Shown here piece after piece: positions 53,501-63,472 of a stretch of DNA of 64,000 nucleotides. The DNA comes from Mobula hypostoma (Eukaryota), in NCBI RefSeq assembly GCF_963921235.1, contig NC_086107.1:95544001-95608000 (forward strand), read 5' to 3'. The position numbers were made by a program, and so were the translations under genes. Below the pieces are notes generated by a model, which searched no databases, was not told the DNA's origin, and saw nothing but the letters and a program-made list of their open reading frames with translations. How positions within the stretch are numbered: the first letter of the stretch is position 1; each line of letters begins with the position of its first letter.

Positions 53501-54869
53501 ACTCCGAAGGTCCTTCTGATCCCCTGGCGGGATCCATCCTTTCCACCGACCATGCACATCCTTTGCTGTCTTTACCAGTCCTTGCAGGTGGTTAAGCATG
53601 TAGTCATATGCCTCCTGGTTGCCATCGGGTTGTACAGCAGAGACGTTTTTACATTCATCCTCTGCTGCTTGTAGTACTGTGAACAGTTCAACATTTCCAA
53701 AGTTGGTCCAAAGAGTCTCCTGGATTAGGCTTCTGACCTCCTTTAGTTTCAACTGACACTCATTTGCTGCCTTTGCCAGGTCAGCTTTTTGCTGTTCAGT
53801 TAACACAGCTACTTCCTCTGCGTTCAGCTCCACCTCCAGTTTTGCAGTGAGTCCGGCCTCCACATCATCTTTGGCTTCCATGACTTTCTCGGCTTCTATT
53901 GTGAGTTTATTGAAACTGACTCTGAGCTCCTCTTCAGACATGTCTTTATAGGTCCTGGTAATACTGTTGACCAGACGAGAAAATAATCTTTTTGCTGTCG
54001 TTCGCTCTATCTTGAGTTGCTCAACTGATTTCCCAGTAGCTTGATCAGCCATGTTTGATTTCCTCTGCAGGCTGTTCACAGGTGAGAAGGTAAGTACAAC
54101 TTTTTAATGATGCTTTGATGTTGTTTTATCTTAACTTGATTTTCTTCCTTTTTCGGGAATCCAAGTTATTGCTGCTGCTGTTCCAGCTCAAAGCTCCCAG
54201 TTTTCAGTTTCCCGGTCAACCAGTTTTTTTCACTGTCAAGTGGGATTTCTTTTTCTTCTTTGAACATGTGCAGCTTCCCCACTTGAAAGAGATTGAATGC
54301 GTCTATCTGAAGGTTTTTTAACTGGATTCCACTCAATGACCAAACTTATTTTTCGCAAATGCAGTAGTTTGATAGTTCCATTAGTTCCATCAGCCATTAG
54401 CCATGAGCTATTAGACAATAGTCATTAGACATTAAACATTAGTCATTAGGTGAAAAAACTGGCTGCCTCTCCGGACTTCGTAGACGGATTCGACCTGTGC
54501 AGTCTCCGCTCCCTAATAGACCGTTATGTTTTCAAACTGGGTGACCCTTCCCGAGCTCTTCTTAAACCTCGCACCATTTTCCATAAGTGTCTGCATGCGA
54601 TCTAACCCAAAACGCAGTAACAGCAGTGCTCTTTTCCATGAAACAGTCTCTCAAGTTATTTAAAGTTCAGCATCTTACCGCAGATTCCAACGCTGCTCCC
54701 GGACTGCCGCTGTGATGCTGCTGGGTCCCCCCAGTGTTCCGGGCAGAAGCAGCACTCAGGCAGTGGGTTCCATCCGGTCTATCAGTGGATTCTTGCTATT
54801 ACTTTTAAATTTTATTTTCTTTTACCTCTAGGTCCCAATATTTTCTAGAAACTCTAGTTTGACTTGACA
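50595..54869 (-). mobile_element. BEL/Pao LTR retrotransposon, internally deleted (gag and protease only), decayed
   Basis: LTRs 50595-51256 and 54234-54869 (TGTCA..TGACA); possible 5-bp TSD aataa/actaa; Gag LKPTALPKFTG..W and three Cys/His knuckles; protease GTLIDLASDTNYIT; C-terminal RDVRRLVVLLPAEE; polypurine tract gggaagattgagtgggagg before the 3' LTR; RT, RNase H and integrase core absent. Confidence 0.9.
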
Positions 54870-56239
54870 ACTAACATCACATTTTCATTCAAATCAGGCA
54901 TATGCATGTGTATGATATATATTACATATAATATTTCACAAACATTGGAATTCCCAACACTGATCCTTCAAGAACTCTGGTCACACACCTCCAGTCAGAA
55001 TACTATCCCTCCAGCATGACAATCTGCCCTCTATAGCCAAGCCAAGTTGAATCCTATCTACCAAGTCTGCATGGATCACATGTACCTTAATTTTCTGAAT
55101 CTACTATAAGGAGCCTTGTCAAAAGCTTTGACATATTCTGTGTACAAAGTCTAAAGTTGTTTCCTCATTAATCAGTTATGTCACCTCTAGTTTATAAGGC
55201 AAGCTGTCCTCTGTACAAAGCCATGCTAATGTCTACAATCAAGACTGATTCAAATGCCATCTATAAATTTGCAGATGACACCACTGTAGTTGGTAAAATC
55301 TTAGATGGAGAAGGAGAGGCATAGAGAATTGAGATAGGTTGACTGGTTGAGTGGTGTTGCAACTACAACCTCACACTAGCTGATCTGTCCTGGACCCAAC
55401 ACGTTAATGTACTTATGAAGAAGCACATCAGCAGTATTACTTTGTTATTAGTTTGAGGAGATTTGGTATGTCACCAAAGACTTGCAAATTTCTGTGTGAT
55501 GTGACAGTGGAGAGTAGTCTGATTGGTTGCATCACCAATCAGAATGAGGCTCTAGTGCATAGGATCACAAAAAGCTTCCGAGACTTACAGACTCAAGCCA
55601 TTTCCTTCAGGGGCATAACCCTCTATTTCTTAAAGGACATCAGCAAGAGATGGTTCCTCAGGAAGGATGCATCAATCACTCACCATCAAGGACGTGCTCT
55701 CTTCTCACTACTACCATCAGAGAAGACATGCAGGAGCCAAAAGACCAACACTCAAGGATTCAGAAAAAAGCTTCTTCCTCTCCAGCATTAGATTTCAAAA
55801 CTATCCATGAATACTAGCTCATTATTCCATTTTTTGCACTACTTCATAATTTTTCAATTCATAATAATTTACTGTTTTTGTATTGAACTTCTGATGTAAA
55901 ACAACACATTTCACGTCATATGAGATAGTAAAAAGAAATTGATTCTGACTATCCCTACTAATTCTGTACTTTTCCAGATCCTATCCCCAAGGTGAGATCA
56001 TGAGAATGAATGGGATTTTTCAGTTTCATATCAAATGTTTAATCAGTGATGCATTATTAGTTCATGCTGACAATCACATCAACTGGCAGTTACTTACAAT
56101 GCAACAGTGTAAGTTTAATAAAACTAAAAGCATTTATTCAAAATTTCTCATTTGAGTGCTATATTTTGAGCAAAGAAAAGTACATATATTGAGATAGATG
56201 GGAAATCAAGGGACTTTTTTTTTCTCCAACGGCTTTCTG

Positions 56240-56300
56240 AGAGGCGGGACTGCGCAGGCGTGTGACGTAGGGCAGTGCAGCGCGGCAGATTTAAAAGGAA
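56240..56300 (+). promoter_or_regulatory. Putative internal promoter of the CR1 5' UTR
   Basis: GC-box-like GAGGCGGGAC, NRF1-like TGCGCAGGCG, CRE-like TGACGT and AT-rich TTTAAAA in a CpG-rich segment. Confidence 0.4.
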
Positions 56301-56460
56301 CAGAGCCTCATAGAGCGGGCAGCGTAGTTTGCGGGCGGCGGAGTGAGCCGGGAGCAGAGTGAAGACTTAAGGGCTTCGGCTCACCGGGCTTAGGCGGAAG
56401 CGGGTGAGGCGAGGAAGGTTTGACATTCATTTTCTGTTGCTATTTGAGGAGAGGGGCATT

Positions 56461-57396
56461 ATGACTGTGAGGGCAGTTTGCTGTTCTCGGTGTCGGATGT
56501 GGGAGGCCCTGGAGTCTCCAAGCCTCCCGGACGTCTACATCTGCGCCAAGTGCATCGAGATGCAGCTCCTAAGGGACCGCGTTACGGAACTGGAGCTGCA
56601 GCTCGATGACCTTCGTCTGGTCAGGGAGAGTGAGGAGGTGATAGAGAGGAGTGGAAGGCAGGTGGTCACGCCGGGGCCACGGGAGGCAGACAAGTGGGTC
56701 ACGGTTAGGAGGGGGAAGGGGAAAAGGAAGGTGATGGGGAGTACCCCGGCGGCTGTGCCCCTTAACAACAGGTACTCCTGTTTGAGTACTGTTGGGGGGG
56801 ACAGCTTACCCGGGGGAAGCGACAGTGGCCCTGCCTCCGGCACAGAGTCTGGCCCTGTAGCTCAGAAGGGTAGGGCAAGGAAGAGGAGGGCAGTTGTGAT
56901 AGGGGACTCGATAGTAAGGGGGTCAGATAGGCGATTCTGTGGACGCAGTCCAGAGACTCGGATGGTAGTTTGCCTCCCTGGTGCCAGGGTCCGGGATATT
57001 TCTGATCGTGTCCAAGATATCCTGAAGTGGGAGGGTGAAGAGCCAGAGGTCCTGGTACATATAGGTACCAATGACATAGGTAGGAAAAGGGATGAGGTCC
57101 TGAAAGGGGAATATAGGGAGCTAGGAAGGGAGTTGAGAAAAAGGACCGCAAAGGTAGTAATCTCGGGATTACTGCCTGTGCCACGCGACAGTGAGAGTAG
57201 GAATGCGATGAGGTGGAGGATAAATGCGTGGCTGAGGGATTGGAGCAGGGGGCAGGGATTCAAGTTTTTGGATCATTGGGACCTCTTTTGGCGCAGGTGT
57301 GACCTGTACAAAAAGGACGGGTTACACTTAAATCCTCGGGGGACCAATATCCTGGCAGGGAGATTAGCGGGGGCTACTGAGGTGACTTTAAACTAG
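56461..57396 (+). CDS. CR1 ORF1p: Cys zinc finger, leucine zipper and SGNH/GDSL esterase-like domain
   Basis: CSRC..CAKC, LRDRVTELELQLDDL, VIGDSIVRG, HIGTND, DGLHL; first ATG at 56461. Confidence 0.92.
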   Translation: MTVRAVCCSRCRMWEALESPSLPDVYICAKCIEMQLLRDRVTELELQLDDLRLVRESEEVIERSGRQVVTPGPREADKWVTVRRGKGKRKVMGSTPAAVPLNNRYSCLSTVGGDSLPGGSDSGPASGTESGPVAQKGRARKRRAVVIGDSIVRGSDRRFCGRSPETRMVVCLPGARVRDISDRVQDILKWEGEEPEVLVHIGTNDIGRKRDEVLKGEYRELGRELRKRTAKVVISGLLPVPRDSESRNAMRWRINAWLRDWSRGQGFKFLDHWDLFWRRCDLYKKDGLHLNPRGTNILAGRLAGATEVTLN

Positions 57397-57401
57397 AATG
57401 G

Positions 57402-60401
57402 TTGGGGGGGGGGAATCAAATTAAAGCGGCTAGGTGTGAGGAGGTTAGTTCACAACAGAGGGATGGGAACCAGTGCAGAGAGACAGAGGGGTGTAAAGTG
57501 AGCGTAGAAGCAAAAAGTACAAAGGGGAAAAGTAAAAGTGGCAGGCCGACAAATCCAGGGCAAGCATTAAAAAGGGCTAAGAGAGTTGTAAAAGAGTGCC
57601 TGAAGGCTTTATGTGTCAATGCAAGGAGCATTCGTAATAAGGTGGATGAATTGAAAGTGCAGATTGTTATTAATGATTATGATATAGTTGGGATCACAGA
57701 GACATGGCTCCAGGGTGACCAGGGATGGGAGCTCAACGTTCAGGGATATTCAATATTCAGGAGGGATAGACACGAAGGAAGGGGAGGTGGGGTGGCGTTG
57801 CTGGTTAAAAAAGAGATTAACGCAATAGAAAGGAAGGACATAAGCCGGGAAGATGTGGAATCGATATGGGTAGAGCTGCGTAACACTAAGGGGCAGAAGA
57901 CGCTGGTGGGAGTTGTGTACAGGCCACCTAACAGTAGTAGTGAGGTCGGAGATGGTATTAAACAGGAAATTAGAAATGTGTGCAATAAAGGAACAGCAGT
58001 TATAATGGGTGACTTCAATCTACATGTAGACTGGGTGAACCAAATTGGTAAAGGTGCTGAGGAAGAGGATTTCTTGGAATGTATGCGGGATGGTTTTTTG
58101 AACCAACATGTCGAGGAACCGACTAGAGAGCAGGCTATTCTGGACTGGGTTTTGAGCAATGAGGAAGGGTTAATTAGCGATCTTGTCGTGAGAGGCCCCT
58201 TGGGTAAGAGTGACCATAATATGGTGGAATTCTTCATTAACATGGAGAGTGACGTAGTTAATTCAGAAACAAAGGTTCTGAACTTAAAGAGGGGTAACTT
58301 TGAAGGTATGAGACATGAATTAGCTAAGATAGACTGGCAAATGACACTTCAAGGATTGACGGTGGATATGCAATGGCAGGCATTTAAAGGTTGCATGGAT
58401 GAACTACAACAATTGTTCATCCCAGTTTGGCAAAAGAATAAATCAAGGAAGGTAGTGCACCCGTGGCTGACAAGAGAAATTAGGGATAGTATCAATTCCA
58501 AAGAAGTAGCATACAAATTAGCCAGAGAAAGTGGCTCACCTGAGGACTGGGAGAAATTCAGAGTTCAGCAGAGGAGGACAAAGGGCTTAATTAGGAAGGG
58601 GAAAAAAGATTATGAGAGAAAACTGGCAGAGAACATAAAAACGGACTGTAAAAGCTTTTATAGATATGTAAAAAGGAAAAGACTGATAAAGACAAATGTA
58701 GGTCCCCTGCAAACAGAAACAGGTGAATTGATTATGGGGAGCAAGGACATGGCAGACCAATTGAATAATTACTTTGGTTCTGTCTTCACTAAGGAGGACA
58801 TAAATAATCTTCCAGAAATAGTAAGGGACAGAGGGTCCAGTGAGATGGAGGAACTGAGCGAAATACATGTTAGTAGGGAAGTGGTGTTAGGTAAATTGAA
58901 GGGATTGAAGGCAGATAAATCCCCAGGGCCAGATGGTCTGCATCCCAGAGTGCTTAAGGAAGTGGCCCAAGAAATAGTGGATGCATTAGTGATAATTTTT
59001 CAAAACTCGTTAGATTCTGGACTAGTTCCTGAGGATTGGAGGGTGGCTAATGTAACCCCACTTTTTAAAAAAGGAGGGAGAGAGAAACCGGGGAATTATA
59101 GGCCGGTTAGCCTAACGTCGGTGGTGGGGAAACTGCTGGAGTCAGTTATCAAGGATGTGATAACAGCACATTTGGAAAGCGGTGAAATGATCGGACAAAG
59201 TCAGCATGGATTTGTGAAAGGAAAATCATGTCTGACGAATCTCATAGAATTTTTTGAGGATGTAACTAGTAGAGTGGATAGGGGAGAACCAGTGGATGTG
59301 GTATATTTGGATTTTCAAAAGGCTTTTGACAAGGTCCCACATAGGAGATTAGTGTGCAAACTTAAAGCACACGGTATTGGGGGTAAGGTATTGGTGTGGG
59401 TGGAGAATTGGTTAGCAGACAGGAAGCAAAGAGTGGGAATAAACGGGACCTTTTCAGAATGGCAGGCGGTGACTAGTGGGGTACCGCAAGGCTCAGTGCT
59501 GGGACCCCAGTTGTTTACAATATATATTAATGACTTGGATGAGGGAATTAAATGCAGCATCTCCAAGTTTGCGGATGACACGAAGCTGGGTGGCAGTGTT
59601 AGCAGTGAGGAGGATGCTAAGAGGATGCAGGGTGACTTGGATAGGTTGGGTGAGTGGGCAAACTCATGGCAGATGCAATTTAATGTGGATAAATGTGAAG
59701 TTATCCACTTTGGTGGCAAAAATAGGAAAACAGATTATTATCTGAATGGTGGCCGATTAGGAAAAGGGGAGGTGCAACGAGACCTGGGTGTCATTATACA
59801 CCAGTCATTGAAAGTGGGCATGCAGGTACAGCAGGCGGTGAAAAAGGCGAACGGTATGCTGGCATTTATAGCGAGAGGATTCGAGTACAGGAGCAGGGAG
59901 GTACTACTGCAGTTGTACAAGGCCTTGGTGAGACCACACCTGGAGTATTGTGTGCAGTTTTGGTCCCCTAATCTGAGGAAAGACATCTTTGCCATAGAGG
60001 GAGTACAAAGAAGGTTCACCAGATTGATTCCTGGGATGGCAGGTCTTTCATATGAAGAAAGACTGGATGAACTGGGCTTGTACTCGTTGGAATTTAGAAG
60101 ATTGAGGGGGGATCTGATTGAAACGTATAAGATCCTAAAGGGATTGGACAGGCTAGATGCAGGAAGATTGTTCCCGATGTTGGGGAGGTCTAGAACGAGG
60201 GGTCACAGTTTGAGGATAGAGGGGAAGCCTTTTAGGACCGAGGTTAGGAAAAACTTCTTCACACAGAGAGTGGTGAATCTGTGGAATTCTCTGCCACAGC
60301 AAACTGTTGAGGCCAGTTCATTAGCTATGTTTAAAAGGAAGTTAGATATGGCCCTTGTGGCTACAGGGGTCAGGGGGTATGGAGGGAAGGCTGGGTTCTG
60401 A
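57402..60401 (+). CDS. CR1 ORF2p: APE endonuclease plus reverse transcriptase; no AUG at its 5' end
   Basis: NARS, ITETW, YRPP, GDFN, SDH, GVPQGSVLGP, KFADD, VRPHLEYC; the frame is open from 57381. Confidence 0.95.
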   Translation: MGGGNQIKAARCEEVSSQQRDGNQCRETEGCKVSVEAKSTKGKSKSGRPTNPGQALKRAKRVVKECLKALCVNARSIRNKVDELKVQIVINDYDIVGITETWLQGDQGWELNVQGYSIFRRDRHEGRGGGVALLVKKEINAIERKDISREDVESIWVELRNTKGQKTLVGVVYRPPNSSSEVGDGIKQEIRNVCNKGTAVIMGDFNLHVDWVNQIGKGAEEEDFLECMRDGFLNQHVEEPTREQAILDWVLSNEEGLISDLVVRGPLGKSDHNMVEFFINMESDVVNSETKVLNLKRGNFEGMRHELAKIDWQMTLQGLTVDMQWQAFKGCMDELQQLFIPVWQKNKSRKVVHPWLTREIRDSINSKEVAYKLARESGSPEDWEKFRVQQRRTKGLIRKGKKDYERKLAENIKTDCKSFYRYVKRKRLIKTNVGPLQTETGELIMGSKDMADQLNNYFGSVFTKEDINNLPEIVRDRGSSEMEELSEIHVSREVVLGKLKGLKADKSPGPDGLHPRVLKEVAQEIVDALVIIFQNSLDSGLVPEDWRVANVTPLFKKGGREKPGNYRPVSLTSVVGKLLESVIKDVITAHLESGEMIGQSQHGFVKGKSCLTNLIEFFEDVTSRVDRGEPVDVVYLDFQKAFDKVPHRRLVCKLKAHGIGGKVLVWVENWLADRKQRVGINGTFSEWQAVTSGVPQGSVLGPQLFTIYINDLDEGIKCSISKFADDTKLGGSVSSEEDAKRMQGDLDRLGEWANSWQMQFNVDKCEVIHFGGKNRKTDYYLNGGRLGKGEVQRDLGVIIHQSLKVGMQVQQAVKKANGMLAFIARGFEYRSREVLLQLYKALVRPHLEYCVQFWSPNLRKDIFAIEGVQRRFTRLIPGMAGLSYEERLDELGLYSLEFRRLRGDLIETYKILKGLDRLDAGRLFPMLGRSRTRGHSLRIEGKPFRTEVRKNFFTQRVVNLWNSLPQQTVEASSLAMFKRKLDMALVATGVRGYGGKAGF

Positions 60402-60499
60402 GTTGGATGATCAGCCATGATCATAATAAATGGCGGTGCAGGCTCGAAGGGCCGAATGGCCTACTCCTGCACCTATTTTCTATGTTTCTATGTTTCTAA

Positions 60500-62470
60500 C
60501 ATGAAGGGGTCACAAAAAGTCCTTGGTGAGTAGGATTAAAGAAAATCCAAGGCATTCTGTACATACGTTAAAGAACAAGAGGATAATTATGTTAGAGGAC
60601 AGCTCAAGGCTAAAGGAAAGAATTTGTACTTAGAGTTGGAGGATGTGAGTGAGATCCTAAATGAGTACTTTGTGTGAGATGTGGAGGATAATGAGACCAG
60701 AGTGGAAATAGTACGACATGGATGCTACAATATTTCAAGATTGGGATAATGGTAGTGTTGGTGTTGTATATTTAATATTCAAGTAATATTATAAATAAAT
60801 TGATTAAGAATTCTTTGTTTAAATAATTCATTGTGTATTATCTGTAAAAATATGTGGATTGCTTATGTCATGACACTACCATGTAATATGTGAAGACCTC
60901 GCTTAGAGTAAAAAATAAGTTAGATTGACATTCTGGACTCTCTTGTTTTTCTTCCAATTAGTTTTATGTTTTAGAATTATAAAACATAGCAATCAGAACT
61001 CTCGGAAAAATATTATGGTGGTTAAACCCCCAGGGCCTGATAGGAGAAACCTCAGGTTATTGAAAGATGAGAGAAGAGATTGCTGGGGCCTTGATATTTG
61101 TATCTTTGCTAACCACACATGTCCCAGTGGACTGGCTGGTAGCTAATGTTCTTTTGTTCAAAGTAGGGAAATAGGGAAAATCTTGGAAACTATAGACAAG
61201 AGGATCTCACATCATGATAGGAAAATGAAAATTTAAAAAAGTGTAGTCTAAGAAGGGACAACATGGCTTTGCGTGGGACAGGTCATGTCTAACTAATCTG
61301 AATTTTTTGAGGAGGTGACAAAGGTGATAGATGAAGTTAGAGCAGTATATAATATTCTGTTTGCATGAAACTTATTAAAGAAATGAACAAGGTTCTGCAT
61401 AATAGGCTTATCTACAAAACTACATTGCAGGGGATCCATGTTGGCTTGCACATAGAAAGCAGAGGATACTGGTAGATGGTTCTTATTATGGATGGAGGTT
61501 ATTGACTCATTGTGTTCCATAGGGATCTGTACTGGGATCTCTGTTGTTTGCTTATATATAAAAATAAAAGTGGTCTTTATGAAAATGTGGTTGGGTGATG
61601 AATAATTTTGCAGATGACAAGTTTGGTGACGTTATGGATACATCGGAGATTGCGAAAGGATACAGTGAGATATAGATCATATGGATGGAGAAGTGGCTGA
61701 TGGAGTTTAATGCGGACGGTGTGTGGTGCTGCACTTAGGGAGATCCAGCATAAAGGGAAATTGGCAGGATCTTTAACAGCTTTGCTGAACAGGTGATCTT
61801 GGGATCTACATACCTGGCTCCTTAAAAGTGGCTATACAGCTTGATAGGCATATGCAATGCTTGCCTTCCTTCATTGAGGCATAGAGTTCAAGAGTCAGGA
61901 GGTTATATTACAGCTTTCTAAAGCTCTGGTCAGGCCACATTTAATGTATTGCATTCAGTTTTGGTCACATTATGAGAAATATATGGAAACATTGGACAAT
62001 GTGCAAGTGAGGTTTGTCAGGATGCTGCCTAGCTTGGAAGATGTGCTCAGAGGAAAGGTTGGTCAAGCTGAGACTGTTTTCTCTAGTGCGACAGAGACCA
62101 TTTGATAAAAGTTTATACGACTATGCAAGAGACATAGAGTACATAGAGTGGACAGGTATTATCATTTTTCATGACTGAAATGTCTAGTTCTAGATGGTAT
62201 GTATTTAAGGTGAGAGAGGGAACGTACCAAAGAAGCTGTGTGAGGCAAGTATTTTACACAGTGTTGAGCATGGAATGCACTGCTAAGGGTGGTGGTAGAG
62301 GCAGATAGCATAGGTGCGATTAAGAGACTTAGGCATATGAATATGCAGAGAAGGGAGTGCTATGGTCAATATACAGGGAATAGGTTTAAATTAATCGTGA
62401 GTCATTGATCTAATTTCTTCAGTACAACATTGTTGGGTGAGGGGTTGTGCTATTTTGTTCTGTTTTCTAT
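60500..62470 (+). mobile_element. Old degenerate CR1 ORF2 and 3' UTR
   Basis: Recognisable remnants (ggaaactataga, catggctttg..tcatgtcta, tttgcagatgac, ggtcaggccaca) with many stops; similar old CR1 debris at about 3330-4440(-), 5290-6850(+), 11670-12520(+), 15130-16330(-), 43920-45140(-) and 49740-50590(-). Confidence 0.7.
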
Positions 62471-62483
62471 CCTATCTTGCTTA

Positions 62484-62782
62484 TGCAACACATAAAATGT
62501 TGGAGGAACTCAGCAGATCAGGCAGTATCTAGGGAAGGAAATGAACAGCTAATATTTCAGACCAAGACCCTTCAGTAGGACTGGAAAAGAAGAAAGCAGA
62601 AGCCAGAATAAAAAGGTAGGTGGAGGTAGAGGAGCACATAGTGAGGGGGTGAAAGTCTGTGGGTGGGGGAGAGGAAATGAAAGGGAATGGTGTGAGAAGC
62701 TAAGAGGTGATAGGTGGAAGAGGGAAAGGGCTGAAAGAGGAATGATAAGAGAGGACAGTAGACATGGATTAAAGGGAAGGAG
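62484..62782 (-). mobile_element. Penelope 3' UTR fragment
   Basis: Homologous to the other terminal repeat copies; decayed hammerhead (agtcctactgaagg..ctgaaat). Confidence 0.65.
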
Positions 62783-62810
62783 GTGCTTACATTTTTTTTC
62801 TGTTTTGCAG

Positions 62811-62872
62811 GCAAATTAGAACTGCGTTTTGAAGAGCTATTTTCGAGTGAGCAAAAGCATGAAGGAAACATT
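62811..62872 (+). CDS. Host gene coding exon F (S-KLELRFEELFSSEQKHEGNI)
   Basis: cttac branch-like site, ttttttttctgttttgcAG acceptor, ATT|GTTAGT donor; 62 nt, phase 1 to 0, completes the A|GC Ser codon from exon E. Confidence 0.65.
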
Positions 62873-63189
62873 GTTAGTAAATTCATCGATGGCAGAGATT
62901 TACATCTCATTGTATTTAATTTCTTGCTTTGTGTAAAATTACTTGTCTTAATTTAGGACTGTGGTTTTGCATTTGGATAAGCTGTGCCTCTAACATGAAA
63001 AAAAATGGTTCACAAATAGCTGCTTAAAGAAAATGAACAGTAAACTGAAGAAAGGATTAAAATGTGGTTAACCGAAACGGGTTTGAGGAAGTTTGTAAAT
63101 ATAAATGGAGAGAATGATTCCAAGAGAAAGACCAATTGAACTGAATGTTTTGCCACTAGTAGCATATCAGAGGGATATGGTATTTTTAA

Positions 63190-63472
63190 AATTTATTCAT
63201 AGATACAGTGCGAGATAGGCCCTTCAAGCTGCACTGCCAGCAACCCCCGGTTTAACCCTAGCCTAATCACAGGACAATTTATAATGACAAATTAGCCTAC
63301 TAACTGGTAGGCCTTTGATCTGTGGGAGGAAACTGGAGCACCCAGAGGAAACCCACATATTACACAGGGAAGACGTACAAATCCCTTACAGGGGATGCTG
63401 GGATTGAACTCCGTACTCCAATGCCTCAAGCTGTAATAGCATTATGCTAACAGTCACGCTGCCATGGCACCC
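63190..63472 (-). mobile_element. V-SINE (HE1-like)
   Basis: Minus strand head gggtgccatggcagcgtg, core gtgggtttcctctgggtgctccagtttcctcccaca, CR1-like tail ctgtatct. Confidence 0.75.

Larger units (their letters stand above)
56212..60498 (+). mobile_element. Full-length, apparently intact CR1 LINE
   Basis: GC/CpG-rich 5' UTR, uninterrupted ORF1 and ORF2, 3' UTR hairpin region and (TTTCTATG)n tail. Confidence 0.95.
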
